The notes under the pieces: generated by a model
What the model was told of the DNA's origin: nothing
The model's input: only the letters and a program-made list of their open reading frames with translations
Database searches by the model: none
Source of the DNA: Lama glama
Lineage: Eukaryota
Reading direction: 5' to 3'
Assembly (NCBI GenBank): GCA_028534125.1
Contig: CM052816.1
Coordinates: 56,174,001 to 56,238,000, forward strand
DNA length: 64,000 nucleotides
In this document: piece after piece, positions 24,062 through 36,214 of the stretch
Layout: each line of letters begins with the position of its first letter
How positions within the stretch are numbered: the first letter of the stretch is position 1
Translations under genes and position numbers: made by a program

Positions 24062-27000
24062 GGTTTGTTAATCCCTCAGGGACACACATTTCCTCAACAT
24101 ATAATTGGTATTTCTGGATCATTCTTTTCTGAGTTCAAGACCCGTTTCTCCATCTGCCTCCCATACATCCTGGGTTCCATTAACTCCACATGCCCCAGAC
24201 AGAACTCTCCCCGTCTCGTGCTCCACCCACTTCACCAGGCGGACTCCGGGCTCCCCACCTCCGCACCACACTCCAGCAGGTTGAGTTGCTCAAGTCAGGA
24301 ACGTGGGTGTCATCACCACGATTCCTCATTTTCCCCTGCAGGAGAGTTATTCTCCCCAACTACCCCTCAACAGAGTAGGGTCCTACTTAGGCGAAGAATT
24401 TAAGTCAAAAGTGCAGACTTCTCAGTGCCTGTAATTTCTTGGTGATGCCTCTGGTCCCACTCAATCTTCCACTCCCTCTATGGCGAGGGAGTACTTTCTC
24501 CTCTACCCCTTCTCTTCCTGGGCTCCCCTTCTTGCCCTGTACCTACCTTCCCCCAATATCATCCTAAATCTGCCTTTAGACACACTTCCTAAGTCACTTG
24601 AGCTTAATCTGGCTTTGTCCCCCTCAATAATAAGTTCACGCCCATCTGGAATGAGGATCCCGTTGGCTGCTTCTGGGCAAAGGGGAGCTAGTCTTTCAAT
24701 CCTTGAAATCATACTCTGCCCAGAGTTGCTCCAGGAGTCATTGTTAGTCTTCAGAGGGGTTTGGAGTGCAGTCAGCCACAGACAAAGTACCAGGAAGAAC
24801 AGAGACTGAAAGCTAAAGGGTGCGACAGATGCAGACTTTGCCACGGGGAAAGACACTCGAGGGCTGCAGGTTAATGATTTAATATATCTGGGGCTGCATC
24901 ACCACCCCCACCCCCACTACCCAGGCGGTCACATGACAGTTGGCCACAAGTGGGGAAAACAGTTCTATCAACAGCCAATAATCTGGTGACAGTCTTCTGA
25001 CAAGGCAGCCTTTCCATCAGAAGGACATAGTCATGAGTTAGCTGAAGACCAGGCTAAAAGTGGTATTTCTTTTATGACTGCAACCTAATCATGATTCCTC
25101 TCCATCTATACCGAGTTCTTAGTTAGCCACCTGGATAGATAGAGCTCACTGTTCCATTGGTCACTGACAGAAAAACATTTTTTTTTTTGCCACATTATAG
25201 TTTTGAGATCTCCCAGAAACGGTTAACACAGAGAGTTATCTAAAAATATTAACATATGTATTGTACATCTATCAAAATCCATCAAATTGTACATTTGAAG
25301 TATGTGTAGTTTACTGTACAGGAACCATACCACAATAAAGGTGTTAAAAAAAATAAATAGAACGTAAAATAGTCACTAAAAAAAATAAAATTTAAAAATA
25401 AAAACATTAATATGTGGCAGGTGCCGGATGCCAGTTACTGTCCAATTGCTGAGGCTGGCTGGTATCACAAAGGGTTCTGATTCAGCTCAACGCCAAATCC
25501 GGAGACAAAGCACTCAGGAGGAGGCTGTTTTCTAAACGTATGGACACGTAAGCTCTAGAATGTCAATTTTTATTTCAAAGCCAAATTCTTAGTGTCAACG
25601 ATGATCACCTCCCTGATGTGGGATAGGAGGCATCTTTTTTCAGTTACCCTTTCAGTACTGTTTTTAAGGGCAAACATACAAATAACATTAATATATTCCT
25701 CTTTTTAAAATAGTAAAATATTATAGATAAAGCGAAGATCCCCTTTGAGATATCCACTTAACTCCCCCTCCTTTCCTCTGAGGAAGTATCAGGCCTTTTC
25801 CTAGGTATCTGTATGCACACGCGTAAGAAGGATGTATTGCTTCACATGCGCCCTCTTGTGTATATGCTGGTGTGTAAGGGGTATCCTTGTGTACACAGTA
25901 TTATACAACTCCCTTTGTCCTAGTCAGCAATTTATCTTGTCAAACTCCCCATGTCATTTCTTTGTAGGTCCACTTCTTTATTCTTATCTGTTGTACAGTC
26001 TTCTTTAGTGTAGACTGAAAAGATATATTTAGCCATTCTTCCAGTGATGGACATTCAGTTTAGCTTACAATTCTTCACCGTTGCAGGCAAACTGCATGGA
26101 GCATCCTTGCTATATGTAATTATTTCTCTACAGTAGAAATCAGTCTACTTCTGGCTCTGCAGATATATATACTTTTATTTTTAATTGCTGATGCTAAAAC
26201 ACTTGTCACTTCCTCCAGGATTTCCTCATAATCTGAGACCACAGTTGATATCTTGTTCTTCCCGTGTGTGTGTGTTATTTTTGTTATCATCATCAATACT
26301 AGTTTAAAACTTACAACTAGTTTATCCTTCAGCCAGAAAATTTCACCATCATCTTGTCTCAAGAAGCTTCCCTTTCAGAATAAAGAGAGTTTGCAAAGCT
26401 GAAGGGAAGGTAGGCTGTAACCTCTCCAGCCTTAACACATTCCAATTTTTTTTTTAATTTACAATATGTTGTCTTGACAGTCAGCAGAGATTCCTTAGTA
26501 GTCAAATGACCATTTCTATCTCACTTCAGATCGCAAAACCTAACTTATACAGTATCTGAGTGCTGACGTCAAATGAAATCACATGACTAATGTTGGCAAA
26601 TTATCCTGTTTCTAACAGCTACAGAACTGAAGAAAAATGAAGTTACCTTTCAAAGAGATGTATTAAGAAATCTCATGTATATCAAGAGGATGAAGAGATG
26701 TACTTCACTCTGTGAGGCAGTCTGAGCCACTCTTTTCTGTGAGATACGCAGTTTCCTTTCCATTTTTACACCCAACTCACCCGTCTACTCTCTGTACTAA
26801 TCTTACATCACCCACGTCCCCACACTGCTCTGATTCCGTGGTACAATCCCACGCTACTCCCAGTCAGCACGCCCTGAAAAGGCCTGCTTATTTGTTTATT
26901 CCTTCTAAAACGACTTGGGAAAAAGCCTTAGAGAATAATGTTTTAGGTAACAAAAAAAAAAAATCATGTAGCTAAATGTTGATTATACTGTCAAATCAAT

Positions 27001-27613
27001 ATAAATAAAAATGAAATAAAAACGTAATACAACAGAAATGTAAATGAAAATGTAAAGCTTCACCCCTCCCAGTTCTGCATTGTGTCAAATTAATTCTAAA
27101 TAGAGATCATGGCTATAAACACAGACTTCCAAATAAATAACCCAGATATCCCAAAATAAAGGATTAGTCATGTAAGTCATGACACATCTGAATAGTTGGT
27201 AGAACATTATTCAACCATTAAAAATGTCATAGAAAAACATTTAGTGCAGTACATGTTTATAATGCACTGTTACGTAAAAAAGAATATCAGAACCACAGGT
27301 ACAGGATTACCCCATTTTCATACCACTGTTCATCATATGTTTCATTCAAAATATTTAAATGTATCACTCTGCCAAAATAATCTGAAATAAAAATGGTGAA
27401 CTCTGAGTGTGGGGGTTATGAGTCATTCATTTCCTCGTCTTTACCAACTGTACTTAAAGATTTCCTGCAATGATTATGTATTTAATTACAAATTTTTAAA
27501 CAAGAATTATAAAGTCAAGAGCTCACAATGGTTCACGGCATGGAGCTGGCTTCTGACACTCAAGTCTGAACAGGCAGTTATGACTACAACATAGTTACGA
27601 CGCAGGTACTTAC

Positions 27614-27759
27614 AGGACTCATCCGAGGAGATATTGGGGAAATTATCACACTCTGGGTCCTGGGTAACTGAGACAAGAAGTTTCTGCAAATCCATTTCAC
27701 TATGAGGTTTAGCAGGGCCATGACGCCACTTGTTGAAACCAAAAATATAGTCATAATAC
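27614..27759 (-). CDS. HEXB: HEXB exon 2
   Basis: 146 nt, cacag|G..T|gtaagt; (R)YYDYIFGFNKWRHGPAKPHSEMDLQKLLVSVTQDPECDNFPNISSDES(Y). Confidence 0.97.
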
Positions 27760-27879
27760 CTGTGTGAGAGATAAATTCAAACTAATTTTTAAAGCATTGT
27801 AGCCAAGTTTTAAATACACATGTGGTGGTGGACATTGCTGTTGACTCCTCAAATCCAGGCTACCCCATTTTAGTCCCAC

Positions 27880-28055
27880 CAGAGGCTCTCACCCCAGCTG
27901 CACATTAGAATCACCTGGGGAGCTTTTAGCAACTACATCCTGACTCCAGACCTTCAGAACCAGAATCTTGAGAGTGTGAACCAGGCACAAGCATTTTAAA
28001 AGTCTCCTGGCCACACTCCCCAGTGACCCCGATGATGTTCCCGTTAAGAACCAGT
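27880..28055. mobile_element. MER5-like hAT MITE
   Basis: gctgcacattagaatcacctggggagctttt...ccagaatct...agcattttaaaag. Confidence 0.7.
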
Positions 28056-28821
28056 ACAAACCAATAATCCCACGTGTGCAAGCCAGTTTTGACCAGTGAT
28101 GGGGCAGGAGTGAAAGGAGGACGGTAGAAAATCTCCTAAGTGAGCCACAAGAAAACTTTTTCTGTATGTGATACCTAGGCCAACCACAGCCACATCAAAG
28201 AAGGCAGAGGAGAGACCGGAAGAATACAGATTTCCTAATCATACTGTTGAGCCACTTAGCCAACTAGCCCTGAAATCCTCCCTGCTCGTGGACTTCCTAA
28301 TATGTGAGATAAGAGGTTTTCTTAGTGTTCAAGCCAGATTGAGTCAGGGTGCCTGTTACCCTCCAACAAAACTATTCTAGCTAATACATAAACTCCCCTA
28401 AAGGTCAGCACACCACAGTTCTCCCTAGGGCCTTAACATTTCACCATCTACCGGTACCCAGATATCAAAGAAGATATTAAATAAACATTTGAAGGTGCTA
28501 AAAGATAAGATAGTCTTCTAAGCAACTGTTTAAATGATATTCAATAGATTCTGATAAGCCAGAAGGTTGGTATGGTACTTCTCTGTACGAGTGTCTTGTA
28601 TTTTTCCAGGGAAGAAGTTGGGAAATTCTGATGAATCTGAAAGTGTATGGAAGTTAACCAGCAAGACAATGGAATGGGTGAAGGTGGCAAGTGCCTTTCT
28701 CATAGGAAAACCTCAACAGACTCGAAAGGAAATTAAGATCACTGAACTTAAGTTCACTGATTCTTAAAATGGTTAACATGGTAATTTTATATATATTTTA
28801 CCACAATTAAAAAAAAAATTC

Positions 28822-28908
28822 GGGAGGAGGGAAATAGCTCAGGGGCAGAGAGCAAAGCTTAGCATGCACGAGGTCCTGGGTTCAATCCCCAGTGACTCTA
28901 TTAAAAAA
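28822..28908 (+). mobile_element. tRNA-Ala-derived camelid SINE (Vic-1 type)
   Basis: gggaaatagctcagggg...ttagcatgcacgaggtcctgggttcaatccccagt + A-rich tail; A/B boxes; sits right after an L1 A tail. Confidence 0.85.
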
Positions 28909-30378
28909 TTTTTTTTAAATTTTTTCTTTATGGAAATTAAAGCTGCTAGCAGCTTTGAGACTTGAGTTAGGTGCTGGCTTGTCTCAAATAAGGAAAATCC
29001 TGGCCCTGGATATTAAAACTCTCTATTAGAAAACTCAAAGGGTTCTGAGGCAGTGGTGTCCAAGGTACCTGGGTTCATTCAGCTTTTCAGGAACCAAGGG
29101 AACAAAGCTATTCATTCATTTAAAAAAATGAGTATCTAGCATGTGACAGATCTTTTCCTAGAAGCTGACGAAGCAGCCATGTACCAGACAGACAGATCTC
29201 TCCGCCTGCAAAATGCATACTGTTTCAAAGCACGGTTTGAGACAGAAGTTGGGCTCTTCAGAGATAGGAGCCACGAGATTCGGAACAAAGTGAGGCCCAA
29301 GGTATGCATGTTCCCCAAGGTCTAGAGCTTTTGGAATATCTCCATCATTCCTCAATATTTCCAATCCTATCATGGTTTGACTCTGAAATAGATGCTGCCC
29401 CTCCTGAGTTCCTAGAATGCTCACCTGAATGCTTTGAAGTCTTAGCCACAATGGCTGTTTCATCACCTGCTTCCTAACAATGCAGGGTGTAATTAGCAGC
29501 TGCTTCACATGCAGGGCACAGGTTAGTTAAGCAATGTCTTTAGATAATGACCTGCACCTCCTTGAAACGCCAAGCCTTGTTTTTCAACCATGGCACAGCT
29601 GATTCAAACTCTAGTTATCTAACCCTTGCTAACTCATGTCATCTATGCTTTCCGGCCATATTCCTATCACTGCAGCTTACTGAGAGTCCTTGTTTTATTA
29701 GCAGCATGGCACAGAAGGAAAATCCAGTTTTATGAACCGAGTTCTGAAGCAAATACAGTGTGTCTTTTTTAAAAAGATTTCCTAGTCGTGATCGTCCATG
29801 AGAGAGCCTTCAGGTACTTTTTTCCCCTCTCAATATCCCAAGGCAACCAACCACCTTGGCTTTAATTCTTCACCTAGACTCTAGCCATTCTGATCTGTTA
29901 GCAGACTTGACACCAAAGGCTCATCAGTGTGTACACCTAAAAGGAGGGTAAACAATGCCCGTTTAGTTGTACAAAAACTGAAGGAGAAGAAACCATCTCT
30001 GCCATCAACATCTTGAGTCTCGTCAGCTCCAGGCCTATCTAGGACCAGCAGATGTTACTAAACTAGTTTTGCATTTTTCGACCAGCTTTCTGGCATCCTG
30101 CAAGCACAATTAAGCTATAATGCCTAGTACTAGGAACAGAGAGAAAAATTTGAGGGAGGAAAGGGGCAGTAAGTTCAGCACCAAATTACAACCCTTCAGG
30201 GCATTACATACCCTCAGGGCAGTCCCACTTACACAGGCCTCAGAGTGAGGGAACAGTGTGTGGCATGCTAAAACATCTCCCCAAGGGCAAGTTGCTTTGC
30301 ATACGGTGGAGTTAGCAAAGCTAGGCCGTGGCACAACACTGTACATCAACTAAACTTCAATTAAAATTAAAAAGAGTT

Positions 30379-30497
30379 GGGGGGAGGATATAGCTCAGTG
30401 GTAGGGTGTGCATTTAGCATGCAGGAGGTCCTAGGTTCAATCCCCAGTACCCCCATCAAAAATAAATAAACCCAATTACCCCTGCCACCCCCAAAAA
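30379..30497 (+). mobile_element. tRNA-Ala-derived camelid SINE (Vic-1 type)
   Basis: ggggaggatatagctcagtggtag...ttagcatgcaggaggtcctaggttcaatccccagtacc + aataaataaacccaattacc tail. Confidence 0.88.
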
Positions 30498-31189
30498 GCT
30501 AGTGCTGTGGAGTGCCTCCCCAACCACACAATTCACCCTGTGGCCAAAGGGGTGACAAACACGAGGGCTATGGAAATGTGAGATGCTATAGAAGGAAACA
30601 GGAAGCTGGGAGAGCAAGCACAGGACTGGTGCTGGGAAACAAAAAAAGCAGCAGATACTGCAGCAGAGAGACGGTATCAAAGTAGCTAGGTGAAAATATC
30701 CAACATTTTGCACAGAATAGAGATTTTTGGAAGGGAAGGAGAGTTTCCGGCGGTGCTCCAACCTAGAGACTTTCTGCCATCTGAATTGTTACCAGATTGG
30801 GGGAGGGGCTGAGATGGCTTATAAAGGACAAGCAACTTTAAGGAACCCCTGCTCCCCAAGCTTTAAGCACTCATCTTCCTCCTAGAACGCTCTTCCAATA
30901 AACTACCCTTTCCCTCCTTCCCCTCCACCCAGCCCATTCTACCCGCGAACACGGCCAGACTCTGAGCAACCTACTCCTACTCAGTACCCTGCACGCAAAC
31001 CAGGGTTCCAGAGCACCCAGGAAGTGCCTTAGGAGGCAGGGGGGAAGGGGATTCAGTCCGTAATGGTTCGAGCCCGCTCTGCCATCTTCTAGACATGTGA
31101 CTTTTGTCGCGTCACTGGCCTGCTCGGAGGCTGTTTCCTCATCTGCCAAATGGGGATAGGAGGGTGGCAGGATGGCTGTGTGGGTGGTT

Positions 31190-31830
31190 AGAGTCGCAAA
31201 GGCGTTCCTCTCCTCGACCCCCGCGCCAGCACAGCGACCCAGGGTGGTCCGCTCCTTCCCGCCCCGGGGGTCCCCTCCCCGCCTTCCGGCCGCCGCCCGC
31301 TCACCGCTGAAACGCTGACTGGAGAAGCGCGCAGGAGGGGCCGGCCTTGGAAGCCGGGCTGTGGTCGATGAAGAAGCGGTCAGGAGAGACGTGCAGCAGG
31401 CGTGGGGTCATCTGCACGGAGCCAGGCATGGGCCACAGACCCAGGTTCCGCGTGGCGAAGGCGGGTGAGGCCAGCACCGCCAGAAGCCCGAGCAGCCTCG
31501 GCCACCCCAGCCGGCGTTGCTCCATGGCTGTTTGGCTTCTCTCGGCCTGGTCAGCGGTGTACACCCGACCCGCCGCCCGAGCACCTGACGTCTGCTTATC
31601 CGCGGCGGAGCCGCACGCAACCCGGAGTCACTGAGTCAGCTGATGAATCTTTCCGCCCCGGCCCCGCCTCCAGGAGGGCGGGACCGCCCCGGGCCCCGCC
31701 CCGCCTCAGCTCCGCCCCCAGGCCGGCGGCACCTAGCCCGGGACCACCGCCAACTCCAGGCGGCGATCCTTACCCAGCCCAACCCGGACTCTTCCAGGAG
31801 CAGAGCGGCACGCTGACCTTGCTCCTGCTT
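31190..31830 (-). promoter_or_regulatory. HEXB: CpG island / TATA-less HEXB promoter
   Basis: Very GC/CpG-rich; several GC boxes (gccccgcc at ~31661 and 31692-31705); TGAGTCAGC at 31632-31640; CAGCTG at 31637-31642; TGACGT at 31586-31591. Boundaries approximate. Confidence 0.85.
31305..31525 (-). CDS. HEXB: HEXB exon 1 coding part (signal peptide + N-terminus)
   Basis: Strong Kozak gccATGG; MEQRRLGWPRLLGLLAVLASPAFATRNLGLWPMPGSVQMTPRLLHVSPDRFFIDHSPASKAGPSCALLQSAFQ(R)|gtgagc; LWP.P motif of GH20 N-domain. Confidence 0.96.
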
Positions 31831-32694
31831 GCAGCTCAGGTGCTCCTTCGAGCCCTTGGCCTCAGTGAAACTGGAGAACTCTAGCCACGGAACACCCAAT
31901 TTCCCCTTCCCCACCAGCCTAACACCGGAAAACCGGAGTGATTATTCGCCCCGAAGTCTGGACTTCTCCGTAACAAGGCAATTCAGCTTTAATTATTAGA
32001 GACTCCCATCAGAACTCGCTAGGGCAGAGTTTTGAACAGGTGGGAGGTTATAAATGAAGCAGAAGATACTCTATGAGAGAATGGGCGATATTGAATCTTC
32101 TTACTTAGAAATAATCTCTTAATTTATAAAGTTGTTTGATGCTTGTCACCGAAGTCTCATGTCTACTTTACTTAGTCTTTCTTATTAAGCATGTTCCTAG
32201 ACCTTTTATTCTTTTGTTGCTGGTGTTAATAGAATCCCTCCTGACCCTCAGTTTCCCCCCAGAAATTATAAAAGAATGAAGTGGACCTTTAGGTATTGGC
32301 CTGGAAAGATCTTCCCACCTGCTGCTGATACCACTGGCCTCGCCCCTACCTCAACCAACGTAGAAACACAGCTGCCAAAGTGTTCCTTGTAAAGTATCAA
32401 TTAGGTCATGTCACTTCCTTACTCAGTACATGTCAACGGCTTGTTTCCCACTGTCCCTCCCTAGAATAAAATACAAGTTCCTTAACATGAACCACACTGT
32501 ATGGCAGAATCTGGCATCTGCAGAGCTCTCTGACTACATCCACCCTTGATTACCCTGACCTTCAGGTACTGGAATCCACTGAGCCTTCTCCTCCCTCGCA
32601 GCCTGACCTAGGTGTTAGCTCAGTGGGAAAGGGAAAGAGAGCCAGTGCAGCCTGGTGTTGCTGTAGGCTGAGAGCACTGTTTCTTCTATCAACT

Positions 32695-33092
32695 AGCAAA
32701 GAGCTTCTCCTTGACCAAACTTGAGTCTGGCCCCCTTAAGCCCTCTTCTTGACCAGCACAGCCCAGTAATAGCTAGAATGCTGAAAAGTCAGTGCATTAG
32801 GAATCCCCCTACCCTTGGTATCTGATACCCTGGCCTCCTTCAGCAAGAATCCCATTGGTGGTGGTTTAGCAAGAATCTCCCCTACTCTTGATGTCTCCTC
32901 TTCACAATTTTTTACACCCTGACACCCCCCTCACCCCCCAACCCCCAGTCATTGGCTGTAAATCCCAGCTGTCTTTCTTGTACTCAGAGTTGAGCTGACT
33001 TCTTTCCTCTGTTGTGACAGTCTTGTCACCTATGATAGACCTGAATAAAGTCTTACTGTTTTAACAAGTGTCAGAATAATTTTTTTCTTTAA
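32695..33092 (+). mobile_element. Solo ERV LTR (MER31-like)
   Basis: caaagagcttctccttgaccaaactt...agcaagaatcc repeats...aataaagtc...aacaagtgtcagaataatttttttctttaa. Confidence 0.7.
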
Positions 33093-33489
33093 AACTTCTT
33101 ATTCACACGTACTTGTGGACCAATTAGCCATGGGGAGTGAGAGGAAAAGGGATACTTAGGAAATTTATCATATTTCTAGCTCAGGCTTGGGGATAGGTCC
33201 TTTATCAGTCATTCTGGGCTTAGTTGCAGGCAAGCGAATCCACTTCACCTTGTTTTAGCAGAGAGGAATTAACTACAGGATATCAAGTGGCTCACAGAAT
33301 CTTGTGAGAAGGGGAGAAATTGATCCTTGGCTGAAATTCCCTGAGCAGCTGGTCCCACTGTGACTAGGAAGCTGACTGCTTACTGGAGAAGCCTCTACTA
33401 TGGCTGTTAACTCTAGAATTGGGGGATCCACAGACATCTGACAGATTCTTGCTCCAAGGCCTCTCAAGAGTCCAGCTGCTGATCTTTAA

Positions 33490-33930
33490 AGATAAAGAAC
33501 ATTCCTTTCTAATCTGCCTACCTTTGCTCAACTAACTACTCTATACAACGATCAACCTTACAATGACCAGACACCTGGCCACCAGGACCGGTTACAACAC
33601 CCTACCAAAATCCCTAGCCCTACCCTTTCATGACCCCCTCCCTTCCCTGTTACCTCAACATCAACCAGTCAGAGAATTGTGCACGAGATCACACTCTACC
33701 ACCACTTTGGGCCCAACATCAATTAAGCACAAAGAGTTAAAGGTTACTCTTCCTTATAAAAGACCTCAGCAAACAACCCTTGGGGGCATAAATACCTGTC
33801 TGTGGCCCAGTGTTGCCTAAAGCAATGTATCTAATAAGCTCCTTTACTATCTTCCTCCTTTGTTTTGGTAAATTCTTTTACTGCCCAGGCCTGCCAAATC
33901 TGATTGGCTCCAGTCTGCACCAGTAAAAGA
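33490..33930 (+). mobile_element. ERV1-type LTR inserted in an older MaLR (MLT1-like) remnant (~33200-34120)
   Basis: tcaaccagtcagagaattgtgcacgag, TATA-like cttataaaa, aataagctcc..ggtaaattctttt; flanks resemble MLT1 (gttgcaggcaagcgaatccac; gagaaatgtagtttccagcc). Boundaries approximate. Confidence 0.5.
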
Positions 33931-34127
33931 GATACCTCATGCACTGTCTCTGTCCCCGCTTAACTCACTTCTGAATTAGATTCTCAAGTAACCACATGCA
34001 ATAACAGAAACTAAATATGGAAGCCCAGCAGCCGGGAGGTGTGAGAAATGTAGTTTCCAGCCTCTGTAATACAGGAAGACATATTGGAAGACATGCTAGA
34101 AGGAAATTGAAATGGATGGACGCTGAG

Positions 34128-34195
34128 TGAGCAAATTCAGCATCCTCATTGAACATGATACTGAGCAAATTCAGCGTCCTCACAGAACACGATAT
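34128..34195. repeat. Two-copy 34-bp tandem duplication
   Basis: tgagcaaattcagcatcctcattgaacatgatac / tgagcaaattcagcgtcctcacagaacacgatat. Confidence 0.85.
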
Positions 34196-35084
34196 GAATA
34201 ATTGAGGACAGCCTAGGACCTGGGCAGATGGGTAGGCAAAGCAGCCCACCTGAGGAAGAGCTTGTTCTGGGCGGAGCTCCTGATCTTTGATGTGGATCTT
34301 GCCTCTGACTACATCGCTCTGTTGTCACAGCATATCCATAAACAATCCTGAAATATGTGTAAAATCTGTCGTTGCCGTCATGAAAACTGAGATGGAGCTC
34401 CATTGAGCAGCGTAGTACCAAACTGGGCTCTCCCAGAAGAGCAAGGGGGTTTGGAGTTAAATCTGGTCGGGCACCTAGAAAGCATTTTTTTGCAAAAATT
34501 AGCCATACAAACAACTCTCCCACTCCCTTATCTATTCAACAGTGCCACCTGGTGGGAATCCTCGCACTCTCTCCTTCAACAAGCCATCTCCACCTTCCTC
34601 TATCCATGAATAATGTTTATATAATTTGGCTAGTCATTTAATCTGTTAATGCAGACTGAGCACCAAGATGCTTTGTTAAAAAAAAAAAATCTCAAATCCA
34701 TCAGGAAACCTCTTGGTGACCAAAAGCTGCTGTTATGGCACAAAATGCAAAGATCCACAAGAAGCTGAACTTCTAAGACTTCTGAAACAAAAATCTCTGG
34801 ATTGAGGGCAAATGTCATGGACTGGTGTGAGAAGAGAGGCAGAAATAACCAGCAGCCAGGGAGTGGCTACTTCCTGGTTTTACCAAGGTGCCAGAATCCA
34901 CATGGGCAAGAGAATACTTTGCTAGGATCCACCAAGGAATTCTCTCATTCCACAGAGACAGAATCTGAGAACCAGAAAGCAGCTCAGATAGCCAGGGCTT
35001 CTCACCTTGGAAGCTCGGGGAAAACACTGATGCTTGAGTTCCATCCCTGATCTATGGAATCAGAACCACTCGTTGTAAGATGAG

Positions 35085-35560
35085 AGTGATTTTTGTTTTT
35101 ACAACTTTCTTGAGTATAACTGACATACAACAACCTGCCTATATTTAAAGTGAAAAATCTCATAAGTTTTATGTATGTAACGGTGGAGCCATCTCCACAA
35201 TCAAGATAATGGACGTACCCATCACCTCCCAATGTTTCTTCCCACCCCTCTAATCCCTGCCACCTGCTCCTGCCATCCCTACCCTCACCCCACTCCCACC
35301 TCACCTCCCATCCAGACAACTGCTGACCTGCTTCTGTCCCCAAAGATTAGTTTGCATTTTCTGAAATTTAAAGAAATGGAGTCATACAGTACATTCTCTT
35401 CTTTGGTCCTGCTTTTTTAACTCAGCGTAATTATTTTGAGACTCATGCATGTTGTTGTGTGTATCAATCATTCACTCCTGTGTTTTGCTGAGCCCCACTT
35501 CATGGTATGGATATACCACGATCTGTTTACCCACTTACCAGTTGATGGACATTTGGATGG
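35085..35560 (-). mobile_element. Old LINE-1 3' fragment (L1M-type)
   Basis: ttgagtataactgacatacaa...aaatggagtcatacagta...gttgatggacatttgg. Confidence 0.75.
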
Positions 35561-35776
35561 TCAGCAGAGGTGGAGTCACTCTGGGAAGGATGAATCAGGA
35601 GACACTTAGTATTTCTACTGTCCCTGCAGCACTTTGTTGGTGATGCTCTTGTGACATTGTCATTCCTTCTCACAGTGGGTATTTTTTCATCAGTGTTTCT
35701 GTGTACTGCCCTCACCTCTGAGGACGGCAATAATATGTCTTCCACAGTTGTACATCTTTTATGTCACTGCACATAG

Positions 35777-36214
35777 TGTTAAAAAAACAAAATTCAACCG
35801 AGTAAATTGGAAGATCTAATTGGCTTTAGTCAATAATTCATGAATCAGGCAACAACCCATCTAGTAAAAATTCAGGAGGGGTTGAACAAAATGGAAGACG
35901 TTTATAGGCAGAAGAAGGGTGGGGCAAGGGGATATTAGCAGAGAAAAGAAAGGATTGTTTGAGGTCTGATCACCTTCTTTGGGGGAGGGGGAGGGCCTAT
36001 TATGCAGTTCACCTCTTTTAGAGGGGAGCAGGCGGAGGGGGGCTCAGGTAACAGGTTACCTTGCTGCTGAAGAGAAAACTCCAGGCTGGCCAATTAAGAC
36101 TGTATTTGTGGGGAAGGCCAAAACTGCGGTTAGGGCAGGTATTAGATCTAGGTTTGGTGTCGTGGGCTTTAGCGCCAGTGACGCCATTCTGGGCCTGTAG
36201 TTTTCTCCTTAACA
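35777..36214. mobile_element. Solo ERV1 LTR
   Basis: TGTTAA...TTAACA inverted termini, 4-bp TSD atag/acag, ~440 bp. Confidence 0.8.

Larger units (their letters stand above)
2038..31525 (-). other. HEXB: HEXB gene span (start to stop), beta-hexosaminidase subunit beta, 14 coding exons, 532 aa
   Basis: Exon lengths 221,146,66,47,111,102,130,181,84,73,175,91,105,67 = 1599 nt, open frame, all GT-AG; GH20 motifs RGILIDTSRH, HWH.VDD.SFP, PEFD.PGH, HLGGDE, WYLD, WGEYVD; GFM2 tail-to-tail synteny as in human. Confidence 0.98.

Noticed and set aside
2038..31525. HEXB as a pseudogene or displaced paralogue because of its divergence
   Set aside because: All 14 exons, splice sites, frame, catalytic residues, CpG promoter and GFM2 synteny are intact.
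31526..31564. N-terminal extension MYTADQAERSQTA from the ORF track
   Set aside because: Begins at a non-ATG codon; the ATG at 31525 has a strong Kozak context and starts the signal peptide.
31402..31884. 160-aa antisense ORF over the HEXB promoter
   Set aside because: Pro/Ala/Arg-rich by-product of stop-poor CpG-island sequence; non-ATG start; no recognisable domain.
34128..34195. 34-bp direct repeat as CRISPR-like array
   Set aside because: Two adjacent copies, no spacers, eukaryotic context: simple local duplication.
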